The notes under the pieces were generated by a model. That model saw only the letters and a list, made by a program, of their open reading frames with translations, searched no databases and was not told the origin of the DNA. From Candidatus Eiseniibacteriota bacterium (lineage in GTDB: Bacteria; Eisenbacteria; RBG-16-71-46), in NCBI GenBank assembly GCA_963717505.1, contig OY970342.1, forward strand, positions 3,776,001 to 3,840,000: a stretch of 64,000 nucleotides of DNA, written 5' to 3'. The position numbers and the translations under genes were made by a program. Every line of letters begins with the position of its first letter. The stretch's first letter is position 1. Shown in pieces: positions 31,035 to 45,500 of this stretch.

Positions 31035-31767
31035 GGGCCAGCTGGGCCTCACCCGAGAGCGGAAAATCCTTGACCAGCCGCTCGAAGGTCTTCTTTGCGT
31101 CGTTCGCCTGACCCAGCTTTTCCTGGCTGAGGGCGAGCTTGTAGAGCGCGGCCGGAACCTTGTCTCCCGAGGGATGACGCTGCTCGACCCGCGCGTACTC
31201 GACGGCAGCGCTGTCGAATCGAGATTGGGCGAAGAAGCACTCCCCGACTCCATACTGGGCGTTGTCGGACAAATCTCCGTCGGGAACCAGCGCCAGGTAC
31301 TCGCGGAAGTTCTGGAGGCCGAGCGGATACCGGCCCTGGGTCAGGTCCTGCATCCCCTGGTCGTAGAACTGGGCCGCGTTGCCGGCCGCCCCGCCCGGAC
31401 GCGTCTCGATCTGCTGGAAACGGCCCATGACCTCGTTCAGCTTGGCCTCCAGCCGCTCCATCTGCTCGAACATCTCCTGGGTGGTGCTGCCCGAAGTCGC
31501 CCGGGTGCTGAGCAGGATGTCCTTGTGCTCGACCATGTCCTTGCGGAGCTGTTGGAGCACCACGTAGCGCTCGGCGTCGTGGGCGGCCAACGTGTCGACC
31601 ACCGTGCGCATACTGTCGAGCCCGCCGCGCAGCGTCAGGACCGAGGGCGGGTAACAGCCCACGGTCCCGACCAGCAGCGCGACGGCACTGGACGCCGCGA
31701 ACCCACCCAACGCTCCGGCGCTGCTCCGAGCCGCTCCGGAACGCTGCCCGGCTGCCGCCACGCGCAT
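31003..31767 (-). CDS. cpoB: Tol-Pal system protein YbgF/CpoB (lipoprotein, coiled coil plus TPR)
   Basis: Lipobox TVGC; LSDNAQYGVGE, KVPAALYKLA TPRs; directly after pal. Confidence 0.88.
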   Translation of the reverse strand: MRVAAAGQRSGAARSSAGALGGFAASSAVALLVGTVGCYPPSVLTLRGGLDSMRTVVDTLAAHDAERYVVLQQLRKDMVEHKDILLSTRATSGSTTQEMFEQMERLEAKLNEVMGRFQQIETRPGGAAGNAAQFYDQGMQDLTQGRYPLGLQNFREYLALVPDGDLSDNAQYGVGECFFAQSRFDSAAVEYARVEQRHPSGDKVPAALYKLALSQEKLGQANDAKKTFERLVKDFPLSGEAQLARERLGSTRRR

Positions 31768-32294
31768 CAACGAACGACGAAGTGCGCGCGCCGGTTCTGC
31801 GCCCATGCCGCCTCGTCGTGCCCGGGGTCGAACGGGCGCTCCTTGCCGTACGAGATCACCTGGATGCGCCCCGCGGGAACGCCGGCGTTGATCAGGTATT
31901 CGCGCGCAGCCTGAGACCGGCGCTCGCCGAGCGCCTGGTTGTACTCCGCGGTTCCGCGCTCGTCGCAGTGACCCTCGATCGTGATCGAGACCGAGGCGTT
32001 GTCGCGCAGCGTCCGGGCGTTGCCATCGAGCGCCTGTCGCGAGTCCTCGCGCAGCGCATAGGAGTCGAAGTCGAAGAAGACCGCCTGGAAATCGCTGGAG
32101 GTGATTGCGGGCGGGGTCGGCGCCGGAGGCGTCGGCGGCGTCTCGGCAGGTGGCGTCGGCGGGGTCTCGGTCTGCGGCGGCGGGGCCGGCGGCGCCGGGG
32201 GCGCTTCGGTGGACTTCTTCGCGCAACCGGAAGCCGCCACGAGGGCGGCCGCCAGCACACAGGCCATCAGAATACGATTGCGGTTCGCCTTCAT
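31767..32294 (-). CDS. pal: Peptidoglycan-associated lipoprotein
   Basis: Lipobox ASGC, Pro-rich linker, [35 protein letters not shown]. Confidence 0.96.
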   Translation of the reverse strand: MKANRNRILMACVLAAALVAASGCAKKSTEAPPAPPAPPPQTETPPTPPAETPPTPPAPTPPAITSSDFQAVFFDFDSYALREDSRQALDGNARTLRDNASVSITIEGHCDERGTAEYNQALGERRSQAAREYLINAGVPAGRIQVISYGKERPFDPGHDEAAWAQNRRAHFVVR

Positions 32295-32322
32295 GTCGTC
32301 TCTCCTCCGTCTTGGGTCCGAA

Positions 32323-33636
32323 TCATCGTCCGGTTTGCGCCGCTTCCGCCCCGGTGGCGGGTCGCGGCGACCATGCTGGAGAAACCGCCGGACGGCCTCC
32401 GGTCGGCAGTCGGCGCGGCGGTCGATCGTCCAGGTCGCTGACGTAGAGCCCGAATTCCCCGTCGCGGTTCGACGCGAACACCAGGTGCCGGCCATCGGGC
32501 GACCACCTAGGATTCTCGTTGCTCCCCCCGGACACGATGCGTCGCACGTCGCGGCCATCGGCGCGACAGACGAAGATGTCGAAGCCAGAACCGGTTCGCG
32601 CGACGAACGCGATCCGGTCGCCCAGCGGAGACCAAGCCGGAGAATCGGTGTTTTCGACCTCGAAGGTCAAGCGTCGGACGTTGCCCCCTTCGCGGTCCAT
32701 GATGTGAATCTGCGAGCCACCGCTGCGGTCCGAGGTGAAGGCGATCTCGCGCCCGGTCGGCGACCACACCGGCGAGGTGTCGATCACACGATTCGTGGTC
32801 AACCGGCGCGCCGAACCGCCCCGGGCATCGAGCACGTAGAGCTCGGGATTGCCTTCGTGGCTCAAGGTGCACACGATCTCGCGTCCATCCGGCGAGTAGC
32901 TCGCGGTCGTGTTGATTCCGTTGCGACCCGAGACCAGGAAGGCTTTGCCGCCGGTGGCCGGCACCACCCAGATCTGGGGGCCGGTTCCCCCGCGATAGGA
33001 CGTGAACAGGATCAGCGAGCCCTCGGGGGACCACGCCGGCGACATGGCGATCGAGCGATCGCGCGTCAAGGGCTGGAGGTCGGCGCCGTCCCAGTCCATG
33101 ACGTGAAGCTCCTTGGCCTTGTCGACGATCATCGCGAACGCGATCCGGGTGGTCGCCACCCCCGGCGTGCCGGTGAACTGGAGCACGACGTCGTCGGCGA
33201 ACTGATGCACGATCTTTCGTCGTTCGCTCAGGCTGCCGCGATACTCGCGCGAGAAGATCGCGCGGCGCGCCGGCAGGTCGCGGATCTCCCCCAGCAGCCG
33301 GATTTGATTGCCGCGGACCGTCCAGGTCCCCGACACCACCGCCTGGACCTCGCCCATCGGCGTCCCGGTGATCCACGACCGCGTGACGTCGAACACCGCC
33401 GAGTATTCGAGGTCGCTGGCCAGGACCTCGTCGGCCTGAATGCTGGTCTCGCCGGCATTGCGATCGCCGGCCGGCTTCATCGGTTCGCACAGAACTGGAA
33501 TCCGCCGGCCGCTGCCGGTCTGGATGTCGATGCGCACGTCCCCACTTTGCGCCCCGGCCAGCGAGGCGGTCAGGAGGAGCAGCGCAGACGACAGGAGCCG
33601 CAGACCGCTCATGTTCGGGTGAACGAGTAGCCTCAT
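32323..33636 (-). CDS. tolB: Tol-Pal beta-propeller protein TolB
   Basis: N-terminal domain (HQFADD, TRIAF) and PD40 repeats [26 protein letters not shown]. Confidence 0.93.
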   Translation of the reverse strand: MRLLVHPNMSGLRLLSSALLLLTASLAGAQSGDVRIDIQTGSGRRIPVLCEPMKPAGDRNAGETSIQADEVLASDLEYSAVFDVTRSWITGTPMGEVQAVVSGTWTVRGNQIRLLGEIRDLPARRAIFSREYRGSLSERRKIVHQFADDVVLQFTGTPGVATTRIAFAMIVDKAKELHVMDWDGADLQPLTRDRSIAMSPAWSPEGSLILFTSYRGGTGPQIWVVPATGGKAFLVSGRNGINTTASYSPDGREIVCTLSHEGNPELYVLDARGGSARRLTTNRVIDTSPVWSPTGREIAFTSDRSGGSQIHIMDREGGNVRRLTFEVENTDSPAWSPLGDRIAFVARTGSGFDIFVCRADGRDVRRIVSGGSNENPRWSPDGRHLVFASNRDGEFGLYVSDLDDRPPRRLPTGGRPAVSPAWSPRPATGAEAAQTGR

Positions 33637-34286
33637 GGGCCGGTGTACTCGAAGCCGAAGTGAACGCCGAGTTCCTTGCCGGGGTAGCCGAGCGGCAGCG
33701 GCGGCAACGGGTCGCTGAGCAGCACCGCGCGCAGGGCGGCCCGATCGAAATAGGCCAGCGGACTCCCCGACTCGACCCGAGGCGCTGACAGGGTTCCGTT
33801 GCGCTGGATGCGAAAGTAGACCACGGCGCGGACGCCGGGCGTGGCTTCGAGCCCGGCGGGCGGCTGCCAGTTCTGCGCGATCCGGTTCCGCACCAGCACC
33901 AGGTAGTAGGTGAACTCGAAGTCGGCGGCGTCGAGCGACACGTCGCCTTGAAGCCCGGCCGGCCCCATGGCTGCCGCTTCGAGCGCCGGGGCTGCGACCT
34001 GGGGCGCTTCCTTCGGCGGCGGCTCGGGTTCGGGTTTCGGCTCGGCGGGCTTTCGGGACAACGGCTTCTCGATGCGCACGCCGTCGTCTTCTTCCGGTGC
34101 CACGTCGGGGCTCCGGATCACCTGCGGCGTGCGCGCGACCGGCATCGAGACCGGCCCGGGCTCGACCAGCGACACCTGGACGATTTCGGGCCCGGACACC
34201 AGGATCGGCGCCGCCACGCGGATCACGAACATCGCGGCGACCAACGCGGCATGCGCCAGCGCCGAGGCCACGATCTCGCTCCGCAT
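33633..34286 (-). CDS. tolA: TolA/TonB C-terminal domain energy transducer
   Basis: N-terminal TM with SxxxH (SALAH), EP/KP-rich linker, RIAQNW, FDRAALRAV. Confidence 0.8.
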   Translation of the reverse strand: MRSEIVASALAHAALVAAMFVIRVAAPILVSGPEIVQVSLVEPGPVSMPVARTPQVIRSPDVAPEEDDGVRIEKPLSRKPAEPKPEPEPPPKEAPQVAAPALEAAAMGPAGLQGDVSLDAADFEFTYYLVLVRNRIAQNWQPPAGLEATPGVRAVVYFRIQRNGTLSAPRVESGSPLAYFDRAALRAVLLSDPLPPLPLGYPGKELGVHFGFEYTGP

Positions 34287-34287
34287 C

Positions 34288-34698
34288 TCACCGCCGTTCG
34301 GACGCGGGCGGCTGCGTCACCAAGCCGAGCGATCCGACGCCGGCCCGACGCATACGCGAGATGATCTCGACCACCAGACCGTAGGGCACCGTCTGATCGG
34401 CCCGCAGGTACACCGGCCGGCGTGCGGCGCCCGCCTTCTGGAGGGCGTCCTCCAGCTGGGCGAGCGGCACCACCTTGTTGCCCACCGCCAGCGTGCGATC
34501 GCCGCGCACGCTGACCACCACGCCTTCGCGCACGTCCAGGCCGCGTGTCGAAACTTTCGGGAGGTCGATTTCGAGACCGCCCTGCATGAGCGGTGCGGTG
34601 ACCATGAAGATGACGAGCAGCACGAGCACGACGTCGACCAGCGGCGTGACGTTGATCTCCGCCATCGGGGTTCGTCGTGCGCCGGTATGCAGGCTCAC
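34288..34698 (-). CDS. tolR: TolR/ExbD
   Basis: EINVTPLVDVVLVLLVIFMV, LRADQTVPYG. Confidence 0.92.
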   Translation of the reverse strand: MSLHTGARRTPMAEINVTPLVDVVLVLLVIFMVTAPLMQGGLEIDLPKVSTRGLDVREGVVVSVRGDRTLAVGNKVVPLAQLEDALQKAGAARRPVYLRADQTVPYGLVVEIISRMRRAGVGSLGLVTQPPASERR

Positions 34699-35393
34699 GC
34701 GGGGGGCGCCTCGAGGCGGCGATCGAGGAACTCGCCGGCAAACTGCGCGGCGCGCTGCTCGACCCCGCGCAGGCGGCCGACGAAGTGGTTGTAGGCGATC
34801 ACCGCGGGGATCGCGGCGGCCAGGCCGGCGACGGTGGCGATCAACGCCTCGGCGATGCCCGGGGCGACCACCACCAGTGACGCCGAGCCCTGGGCGCCGA
34901 TGTTCAGGAACGCGCTCATGACACCCCAGACCGTGCCCATCAGGCCGATGAACGGCGTCACGCTGCCGGTGGTGCCGAGGAACCCGACGTGGCGTTCGAG
35001 TCGCACCGACTCTTCGTTGACCGTGCGTTCCATGGCGTGGCGTGCCAGCTCGATCCGGTCCTTCGGGGCGATCCCCGACATGGCCTGCCGATCCATCGCG
35101 CGCTGGCCCGCGAGCGCCACGCGCGCCAGGATGCTGGCCGGGAACTGCTGGCAGACGAGCTTACAGTCTGCGGTGGGCCCGAGTCCGCGGAAGGCGGTGA
35201 GAAACAGGCGGTCGGCCCGCTCCCCCGACCGAAACAGGCGGAGGCGGTTCCAGATGATGGCCCATGCGTAGACCGACATGGCCACCAACACCAGGAGAAT
35301 CGTCTTCCCGAATGCGCCAGAACTGGCGATCAGGGCGGGGACCGAGGCCCGAATGCCGCCGGCCGCTTGAATCATGAATGCCCCGAACCACAT
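34695..35393 (-). CDS. tolQ: TolQ/ExbB proton channel
   Basis: TPFIGLMGTVWG, APGIAEALIATVAGL, AIPAVIAYN. Confidence 0.93.
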   Translation of the reverse strand: MWFGAFMIQAAGGIRASVPALIASSGAFGKTILLVLVAMSVYAWAIIWNRLRLFRSGERADRLFLTAFRGLGPTADCKLVCQQFPASILARVALAGQRAMDRQAMSGIAPKDRIELARHAMERTVNEESVRLERHVGFLGTTGSVTPFIGLMGTVWGVMSAFLNIGAQGSASLVVVAPGIAEALIATVAGLAAAIPAVIAYNHFVGRLRGVEQRAAQFAGEFLDRRLEAPPA

Positions 35394-35480
35394 CGGCTTC
35401 ACGCTCCTTGTGAGTTCGCGCCCAGCCACCGACCGCGCGCACGCGGACCGGTCGCTCGGACGTCGACGCCGAGAGTCCCG

Positions 35481-35489
35481 ACGCTAGCA
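35481..35489 (-). promoter_or_regulatory. Extended -10 (TGC TAGCGT) of the tol-pal operon
   Basis: Same nonamer as at uppP and the NDP-sugar dehydrogenase; SD AAGGAG at 35404-35409. Confidence 0.5.
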
Positions 35490-35722
35490 CAGCGCGAAAC
35501 AGCGGCTCAAGAAACTCCCCATCCTTTATTCAGCAAGAAGCGGCTCGGGACCGCCGATGACCGGGGCGAAGCATGACGTCTCGAGCCCTCGGGGTCCGCC
35601 CGGTGTCAATGATGGAGACTCCGGTCAAGCTCGTGCAAAGACCACGAAACGGGACTCGCGTTGCTTCGTCTCAAACGGGTACAGTTGAAATCGCAGCATC
35701 GCGAGATGCCCCTGCGCACCCC

Positions 35723-36256
35723 ATGACCGGACACCTTCCCATCTCGAAAACTCACCGGGCTTTCCCGTGGCTGGTAGTCGCACTGGCTTTGGCGGCGGGC
35801 GCGGCTGAGGCCGGCTCCGCCCCCGAAGCGGCCCCGGCGTTCGCGATTCGCGACCTCGACGGCAAGACCCTGCGCCTGAGCGACTACCGGGGCCAGCCGA
35901 TCGTCCTCGACTTCTGGGCCACTTGGTGTCGTCCCTGTCGGGCTTCGATGCCCCATCTCGACACGCTCCAGGCGCGCTATCGCGAGCGGGGCCTGGTGGT
36001 GCTCGGCCTCTCGGTGGATGACGGCGGACCCGATCGGGTCCGCCGTTTTGCCGACTACCTCGGCGTCCGTTTCCGTATCGGGCTCGCCGATCAACATGTG
36101 CTCGACCGCTACGGTCCGATCCGCGCGATTCCGACCACGTTCTTCATCGGTCGCGACGGCAAGGTGGTTCGGCGGGTGGTCGGCTACATCGATCCGGAAA
36201 CGCTCGAGAACTACGCGCGCGAGATGCTCGAGCCCGAAGACCCCAACAGCCGCTAG
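35723..36256 (+). CDS. TlpA/ResA-family periplasmic thiol-disulfide oxidoreductase
   Basis: Signal/TM segment, LDFWATWCRPC, IPTTFFI. Confidence 0.9.
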   Translation: MTGHLPISKTHRAFPWLVVALALAAGAAEAGSAPEAAPAFAIRDLDGKTLRLSDYRGQPIVLDFWATWCRPCRASMPHLDTLQARYRERGLVVLGLSVDDGGPDRVRRFADYLGVRFRIGLADQHVLDRYGPIRAIPTTFFIGRDGKVVRRVVGYIDPETLENYAREMLEPEDPNSR

Positions 36257-36270
36257 GCAGTCGGCGGCCG

Positions 36271-36306
36271 GAAACAAGAAGGCCACGCGATTCGCGTGGC
36301 CGTTTT
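36271..36306. terminator. Bidirectional intrinsic terminator between tlpA and tRNA-Leu
   Basis: GGCCACGCG-ATT-CGCGTGGCC stem (36281-36301) flanked by GTTTT and AAACAAGAA. Confidence 0.75.
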
Positions 36307-36312
36307 CGATTC

Positions 36313-36397
<85 letters not shown>

Positions 36398-36420
36398 AAC
36401 CAAAGATTTCAGCTCAGGGC

Positions 36421-36846
36421 TCAGGGGGTCGTGCCGCCTCCCGAGGGTGCAGGCGTCGCCGGAGGCGTGCCGGGCGAGGGCGTCGCCGGGGCACCAGTAG
36501 CCGGAGCGCCCGTCGCCGGGGTCTGCGTTCCAGTCGCCGGAGCGCCGGTCGCGGGCGCCGTCGTGGCGCCGCGCTGGGCTTCCTGTTGAATGAGACTGCG
36601 GCTGGTGGATCGACCGCGGCCCGAGCTCATCAGGGCGAGCGTCAGCGAGGTCACGAAGAACGCGACGCCGAGAATCATCGTCGCGCGCGTGAAGAAGTCG
36701 GTCGCACCGCGCCCACCGAACACGGTCTGAGCCGAACCGCCGAAGGCTCCGCCCGCGAGCCCGCCGCCCTTGCCGGACTGGACCAGGACCACGCAGATCA
36801 AGACCAGGCAGATGAGCAGGTGGAGCGCCAACAGAAAGCCGTACAT
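36421..36846 (-). CDS. secG: Preprotein translocase subunit SecG
   Basis: Two TMs, VLVQSGKGGGLAGGAFGG, FFTRAT; low-complexity tail. Confidence 0.95.
   Translation of the reverse strand: MYGFLLALHLLICLVLICVVLVQSGKGGGLAGGAFGGSAQTVFGGRGATDFFTRATMILGVAFFVTSLTLALMSSGRGRSTSRSLIQQEAQRGATTAPATGAPATGTQTPATGAPATGAPATPSPGTPPATPAPSGGGTTP
36424..36570 (-). repeat. Degenerate (G)APAT pentapeptide repeats in the SecG C-terminal tail
   Basis: TAPATGAPATGTQTPATGAPATGAPATPSPGTPPATP. Confidence 0.7.
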
Positions 36847-36927
36847 GACGTCCTCAGAGGTGGGGCGAGAGGTCACCGGGAGCGCGAGCGTGGCACCGCA
36901 TCACGCGCCTCCCCAAAGCGGCCGGCT

Positions 36928-40051
<3,124 letters not shown>

Positions 40052-40123
40052 TCACTCAGCGATTAACGGGTTGCAGGAACGCGCACTATGCCCGATGGGC
40101 GCGAGCCCGGTCAAGCCCCGCGA

Positions 40124-41557
40124 CTACTCCGTCGAGTAACGCAGCCGGTAGTCGCCGAGCCCCTGATCGTCGACGAACAGGAACACCAGTCGAAACCGCT
40201 TCGCAAGCGGCTCGCGCGGATCGACTTCCGGAGGCAACGGGATCTCGCCCTCGTAGACCCAGACTTCGAACGGCCGCATGTCGGGGCCGGGTGTCCCTCC
40301 CAACGAACCGATCTCGCGCTCCTCGTTGAGTCCCAGGTCGAGCAGCACCTTCGCCAGCACCTCGTCGCCGGTCGGGATCACCTGCCGGTGGACCTCGCGC
40401 GGGTCGCCGTAGCGAATGAAGACGCGCCCCATGTCGGTGAGCATTCCCGGCATCAGCGACGAATTCGAGAACGTCCGATTGGCGAAATCGATACGCGCAT
40501 AGAAACCATCACGCACCTCGTTCCTCGCCGTCCCGGGCGTGGGATCGCGAATCGCCCAGAAGTCCTCGAGGAACCGCTCCTGTTCGCCCGCCTGGAGCAG
40601 GGCGAACGTCTCTTCGACTTCGGGCTGCAGCAGAAGATGAACGGCATCCTCGACGTCCCGGGGGTTGCGGAACCAGGTTTGTGGCTGCCACGCGATACTG
40701 AAGCGGGAACGTCGGACGGCCCGGGTGGTGTCGTCGCGGACCACCTCCAGCTCGAGATCGTAGCCGCCCGAGGGCAGCTCGGTGACGTCGAAGCGGACGC
40801 GCCCCATCGGATCCGCGGCCGAGAGCACCGAGTCCCGACTCGCCACCAGTGAATCGGATGCGCCAAGCACCCGGGCGCGCCAGCGCCACGGGCGGTCGTC
40901 GCCCCCCATCCCCCTCACCACGAAGCCCGTTTCAAGATCCGACGCGTGGAGCCCATAGAGCCGCTCCGGATTCGGCAGGACTCCGCGGGCACCGAATGCG
41001 GGGCCCGCGGACCCGCCGGGCCAGATGAACTCGAGGTCCGATAGCTCGGCCGCACCGCGACTCTCGAACTGGAACTCGCCCTCGACCTCGGCCGACTTGG
41101 GGACCTTTCGGCCCATGTAGGCGATGCCTCGTTTGCGCGAGCGTTGGTCTTCGACCTTCACCGACAGCCGCTGCGGGCCCGGTTCGAGCGGGAAGGTCAG
41201 GAGCACCACCTTGCCGAACCCGCGATCCGAGTCCCCCTGCTCGACCGTGAACTCCTGGGTGCGGGTTTCGGTGCGCCGGCGGAATCCGCTGCGCAGGCGA
41301 GCGGTGACGCGCAGCGACCCGGTCGCCGTCGAATCATAGACCAGGCCGTCGACGGTAGACGGGGGTACGCGAACGTACACTTCCAGACGATAGCCGGCGC
41401 TATCGGGAAATCCCGCGGCATCGACCGTGAACCCGAGGCCGCCGCCGGTGCGCCAGGGCAAGGGGCCCAGACCCTCGAACTCCGCGCGCGCCGTCGACGC
41501 GGCCAGAGCCGAGGCGACGATCCCGAGAGCCAGAGCAGCGGCGCGCACGCCGCGCAT
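40124..41557 (-). CDS. GWxTD domain-containing exported protein
   Basis: Signal peptide, Ig-like middle region, FWAIRDPTP, NE..FYARIDFAN, GMLTDMGRVFIRYGDP, EVWVY, FLFVD..GDYRL. Confidence 0.88.
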   Translation of the reverse strand: MRGVRAAALALGIVASALAASTARAEFEGLGPLPWRTGGGLGFTVDAAGFPDSAGYRLEVYVRVPPSTVDGLVYDSTATGSLRVTARLRSGFRRRTETRTQEFTVEQGDSDRGFGKVVLLTFPLEPGPQRLSVKVEDQRSRKRGIAYMGRKVPKSAEVEGEFQFESRGAAELSDLEFIWPGGSAGPAFGARGVLPNPERLYGLHASDLETGFVVRGMGGDDRPWRWRARVLGASDSLVASRDSVLSAADPMGRVRFDVTELPSGGYDLELEVVRDDTTRAVRRSRFSIAWQPQTWFRNPRDVEDAVHLLLQPEVEETFALLQAGEQERFLEDFWAIRDPTPGTARNEVRDGFYARIDFANRTFSNSSLMPGMLTDMGRVFIRYGDPREVHRQVIPTGDEVLAKVLLDLGLNEEREIGSLGGTPGPDMRPFEVWVYEGEIPLPPEVDPREPLAKRFRLVFLFVDDQGLGDYRLRYSTE

Positions 41558-41589
41558 CGGCGACTCCGGCAGCGGGCGCGGTTCCCGAA

Positions 41590-42551
41590 TCAGAACAGGA
41601 ACTTGAGGCAGAACCGATGCGCGGCGCCGAGGTCCTTCATGTCGGTGTAGGCGTAGTCGAGGTCCGCCATGCCCGCGACCGACACCGGGAAGTGGAAGCC
41701 CGACGCCGCCGGCAAGCCCCTCGGCGTCGTAGTTGATGTTGTAGCCGCCGCGCAGGAACAGGTAGCGCTGGAAGCCGTACTCGGCGCCGACGTTGAGCCG
41801 CTCGGAGTTGTCCGGCGGGTGCGAGAACTCGAACGAGCCGATCAGCTTCTGGTCGGCGGACTGGATACAGCGTCGCCGACGTTCCGACCCGGAAGATCGC
41901 GGGAATCCGCGCCTCGCGCTCGATGAACTTGATCTGGCGAGCCGATGTTGGAGATCGCCATGCCGATCTTCATGCCGAGCGTGCCGACGTCGTACAGCGT
42001 GCCGATGTCGAACGCGAACGTCTGCTGCGACAGATCGGCCAGGCCCTCGTGAATGAAGTTCGCCGTGACGCCGGCGCTGAACTTGTCGGTGAACGAGCGT
42101 GCGTAGGTCAGCCCGGCGGTCATGCTGCCGGCGTCGAACGTCGCTGCCGGTGCCGATCGTCGGATCCGGCTGATACGCGGTGGTCTCGACCATCGGCTCC
42201 ATGCTCAGCGCCCGCGCGTGGATCGCCGAACGCACCCGGGATCCGCTTGACGTGGAACACGTAGCCGACCTGGTCGAACGACAGTTCGGCCGGCCAGTTC
42301 GCGTGATTGAGCGACAGCTCCGACTTGTCTGGATCGATGCGCGCGATCCCGGCGGCGTTCCAGAACAGCGGCCGACGCGTCGTCGGCCACGCCGACGAAC
42401 GCGCCGCCCATCGCCGGCGGCGCGCGCCCCGACGGCGATCTTCAGGAACTGGCCGTCGAACGTGCCGACCTTCTCGAAGATGTCGGCGGCACCGGCCACC
42501 CCCGGGCCAGATCACCCCGAGGACACCCGCCGCCACGAACCATCGCTTCAC
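41590..42551 (-). CDS. PorV/PorQ-family outer-membrane barrel (T9SS shuttle-like; indels)
   Basis: Signal peptide; QFLKIAVGARAAAMGGA..ADDAS.LFWNAAG; LTYARSFTDKFSAG; GAEYG..LFLRGGY; HRF..F terminus. Confidence 0.85.
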
Positions 42552-42577
42552 GTTGGTACTCCTCCTTCGCGGGACCA

Positions 42578-45500
42578 TCAGCGGATGACGACGAATCGGC
42601 CGCGCTGCGTGCCCAAACTCGATTCGACCGTGAACATGTAGATCCCGCTCACGATGTCCTGGCCGTTGCGCGAGATCAGGTTCCAGCGCGCCTGGCCGTC
42701 GTTGGCGTTGTCCTGCTGTCGGTTGTAACCCGGTATCGAGGTGCCGTCCGGGGCGAGCAGCGCGGGCCGCACGGATTCGTTGACCGCGTCGTCCGAGTGC
42801 AGCTCCTGGACCAGATCGCCCGAGACCGTGTAGATCCGGATCGTCCACCGCCCGGCCGGCAGCCCCATGAAGTCGATGTGGGTCCCGGTCGGATCCGACG
42901 CGTTCGGCGTCAGGTCCCACGACGATGGCCGATCCGAGATGCTGCGCGTAGCCGCGATAGGGATTCGGCACCACCCAGACGCCCTGAGCTGGTCTGGCGC
43001 CGAAACTTGCGGCGACCACGCCCTCGGCTTCGACCGCCGAGCGCCGGCCGCCCAGCTCGGTGGTCCGGCCGCAGCTCGGTGGTCGAGTCGAACGCGGTGA
43101 CGGAATAGAAGTAGATGAAGCCGTTCTTCACCTCGCGATCGACGTAGCGGTAGTAGCCCACCGGATACTGAGTCACGGTTTCCTGGTTGGAACGGGTTCG
43201 ACACGGCGAGCGGTGGACGATGCAACCGGTGATCGTGATGCAATTGCCGAGCGTGTCCTGCTCGCAGGGCAGACTTCGATCCGGTTGAATGATCTGGCCG
43301 CTCTGCCGATCCCAGAGGTCGCCGCGCTGGAGACAGATCGGCACGTTCGCCGGCCCCCTGCTCCCGGTCACCGGGTCCAGGTAGTTCGGGATGTAGACGC
43401 TGGGACACACGGTGTCGCCCGCCGTGTTCACGTAGCGGTTGTCGGTGATCGGACGATTGCCATCGTAGTAGCGGAACAGCCGGAACTCGCCGATCAGCGT
43501 CCAGTCGTCCTCGCCGGACCCGGCCGAACCGACCGGGCGCGTCCAGTCGGACACCTTCCACATCTTGTAGCCGCGGAAGTCGAGCCAGCCGCGACTTGGG
43601 ATCCGGGGTCATCTCGGACAGGTTGTCCCACGCCAGCGTGACCTGGTTGTCGCCGCTGGGAACGACCGCGCGGTTCGGGTTGTCGGTGTAGTTGTAGTTG
43701 GTCCCGACGTTGAGCGCGGATTGGGCGGCGGCGCTTCGGCGTTCCAGGTCTTGTGGAACAGGCCGCCGTTGCGGAAGTCGCCGGCGCCCAGTTCCCAGTC
43801 CCAGACACCGGTGCAGTAGTCGCAGTCGAAGTCGAACCAGGTGTAGCTCGCGGTCGGTCACCTGACGGGTGCGACCCAACTCCAGGTCGCGACAGTCCGC
43901 GAGATACTGCGGCGGACCGCCCGCCTCGATCTGACGCTTGGACTCACGGCCGTGATAGCTCGGGGCCTGGAAGTCCGAGAACGCGTAACCCTCGCGCTTC
44001 TCGTGCACACCCTCGTACGCGATCTGAAGGTTGAACGCGTTGCGCAGCGGCGGGTAGCGCTCCAGGAGCTCCTGACCGCTGACCGAGCCGGTCTTGTACT
44101 GCTCATAGGTCTGCGCCCACTGAGTGATGTCCTCGTATTCCTCCGGGTGGACCGCGAACGCGATCGTGACCACTGACCCTGCCGTCGTTCGGGACGTTGC
44201 GCCATGGCCCGACCGACGACCACTAGGCGACGTAGTCGCCCTTCTGGTCGCCGTTGGGCGCGGTGATGAAGCCTTCCTCATCGACGTTGGTTCCGGCGTA
44301 GCCTGCCAGGAACTCGAAACGCTCTGAGTCGACGATCGGGAAACCGCCCTGCGCGTAGGGCGTCCCGGCCACGAACGAGCGGAAGGCCTGGAACCCGACC
44401 TTGCGCGGGGCCGACTCCCCGGTGGGATCGGTGGTGTGTCGAAAGCAGGAGCACGGATGCGATGCCCGAGGTTCGCCCTTCGTCGCCGTTGTCGTCGATC
44501 AGCGAGAAACCGTTGACCCGAATGTTGACCCGCGGACACAGAGCCGAATCGGCGCCGTTCGGTCCGAACAGGGAGTTCAGCTCGCTGTCGTGCGGATGCT
44601 GGCGACGAAGCGGATCGACCAGGGTGCCGTTGTCGGCGCCCACCAGGATCGTGAAGTCGCCCTGCGGGAAATTCGGGACGTCGAAGTCGTCGTTGAAGAA
44701 GTTCGAGATTTCGGCCGGGCCGGCGTCCATGTCGACCAGGCAGCCGACGAACATGCTGTCGAGGGTCGTGGCCCGAGCGGTTGAAGATCTCGTACTCGAT
44801 GATGTTGAAGTCCTGGAATCCGGAGACCGAGTAGGCCCAGGCGCGCTGTCGGCACTCGAGTCCGAGCGGCACGTGCTTCTCGTTGAACGCGGTGTTGATC
44901 GCCTGCGATGCGTGTTGTCCCACATCACGCAGCGAGAACATCTGCTGGCCGAGCGCGCCGTAGTCCTCGTCGATCTGGCCGTCGCCGTCGTTGTCGCGCC
45001 CGTCGAGGAAGTCCTCGTCGATCTGCTCGCACGGTCGGAATCTCGCAGCGAACCGATTCTCCGACGACTTGTCTCCATCGTCGTTGACGAGCCGCGTCGC
45101 CATTGATCGATGCCGTCGTAGGCGCGATACATCCGGTCCTCGGGATCCAGCGTCTCCGGCCGCCATTCGCTGCAGATAGCTCACGCGGCGGATCGCCGTC
45201 GGGATCGGTCGCCGTCGGGTTCACGGCCGCCGACCGCGAGACGGATCGAGCTGAGGTACTCGACGCCGACGAGCCCGGCCACTGCCCGGACGGGATCCGA
45301 CGACAAGTTGGTGAACAGATTGCCGCAGTGTCCCCAGTTCGTGACCTTCATGTAGATGTTGCCGACCCGGAGCACCGCGCCCGGCCCGAAGACGTCGGGC
45401 AGATCCAGCGGGGCCACCCGCGGATTCGTTCCCGTCGGGTGGAAGTACTCGGGCATCAGCTGGCGCCAGCGTTCGAGCGTCAGGCCATCGGGATCGATCT

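Noticed and set aside
35706-35726. 6-aa uORF (MPLRTP) overlapping the tlpA start
   Set aside because: Too short to distinguish from chance or a single indel; no regulatory codon pattern
40124-42499. 791-aa PorV-GWxTD fusion in the ORF track
   Set aside because: Created by frameshifts in the PorV gene; PorV has its own stop at 41590 and GWxTD has its own signal peptide from 41557
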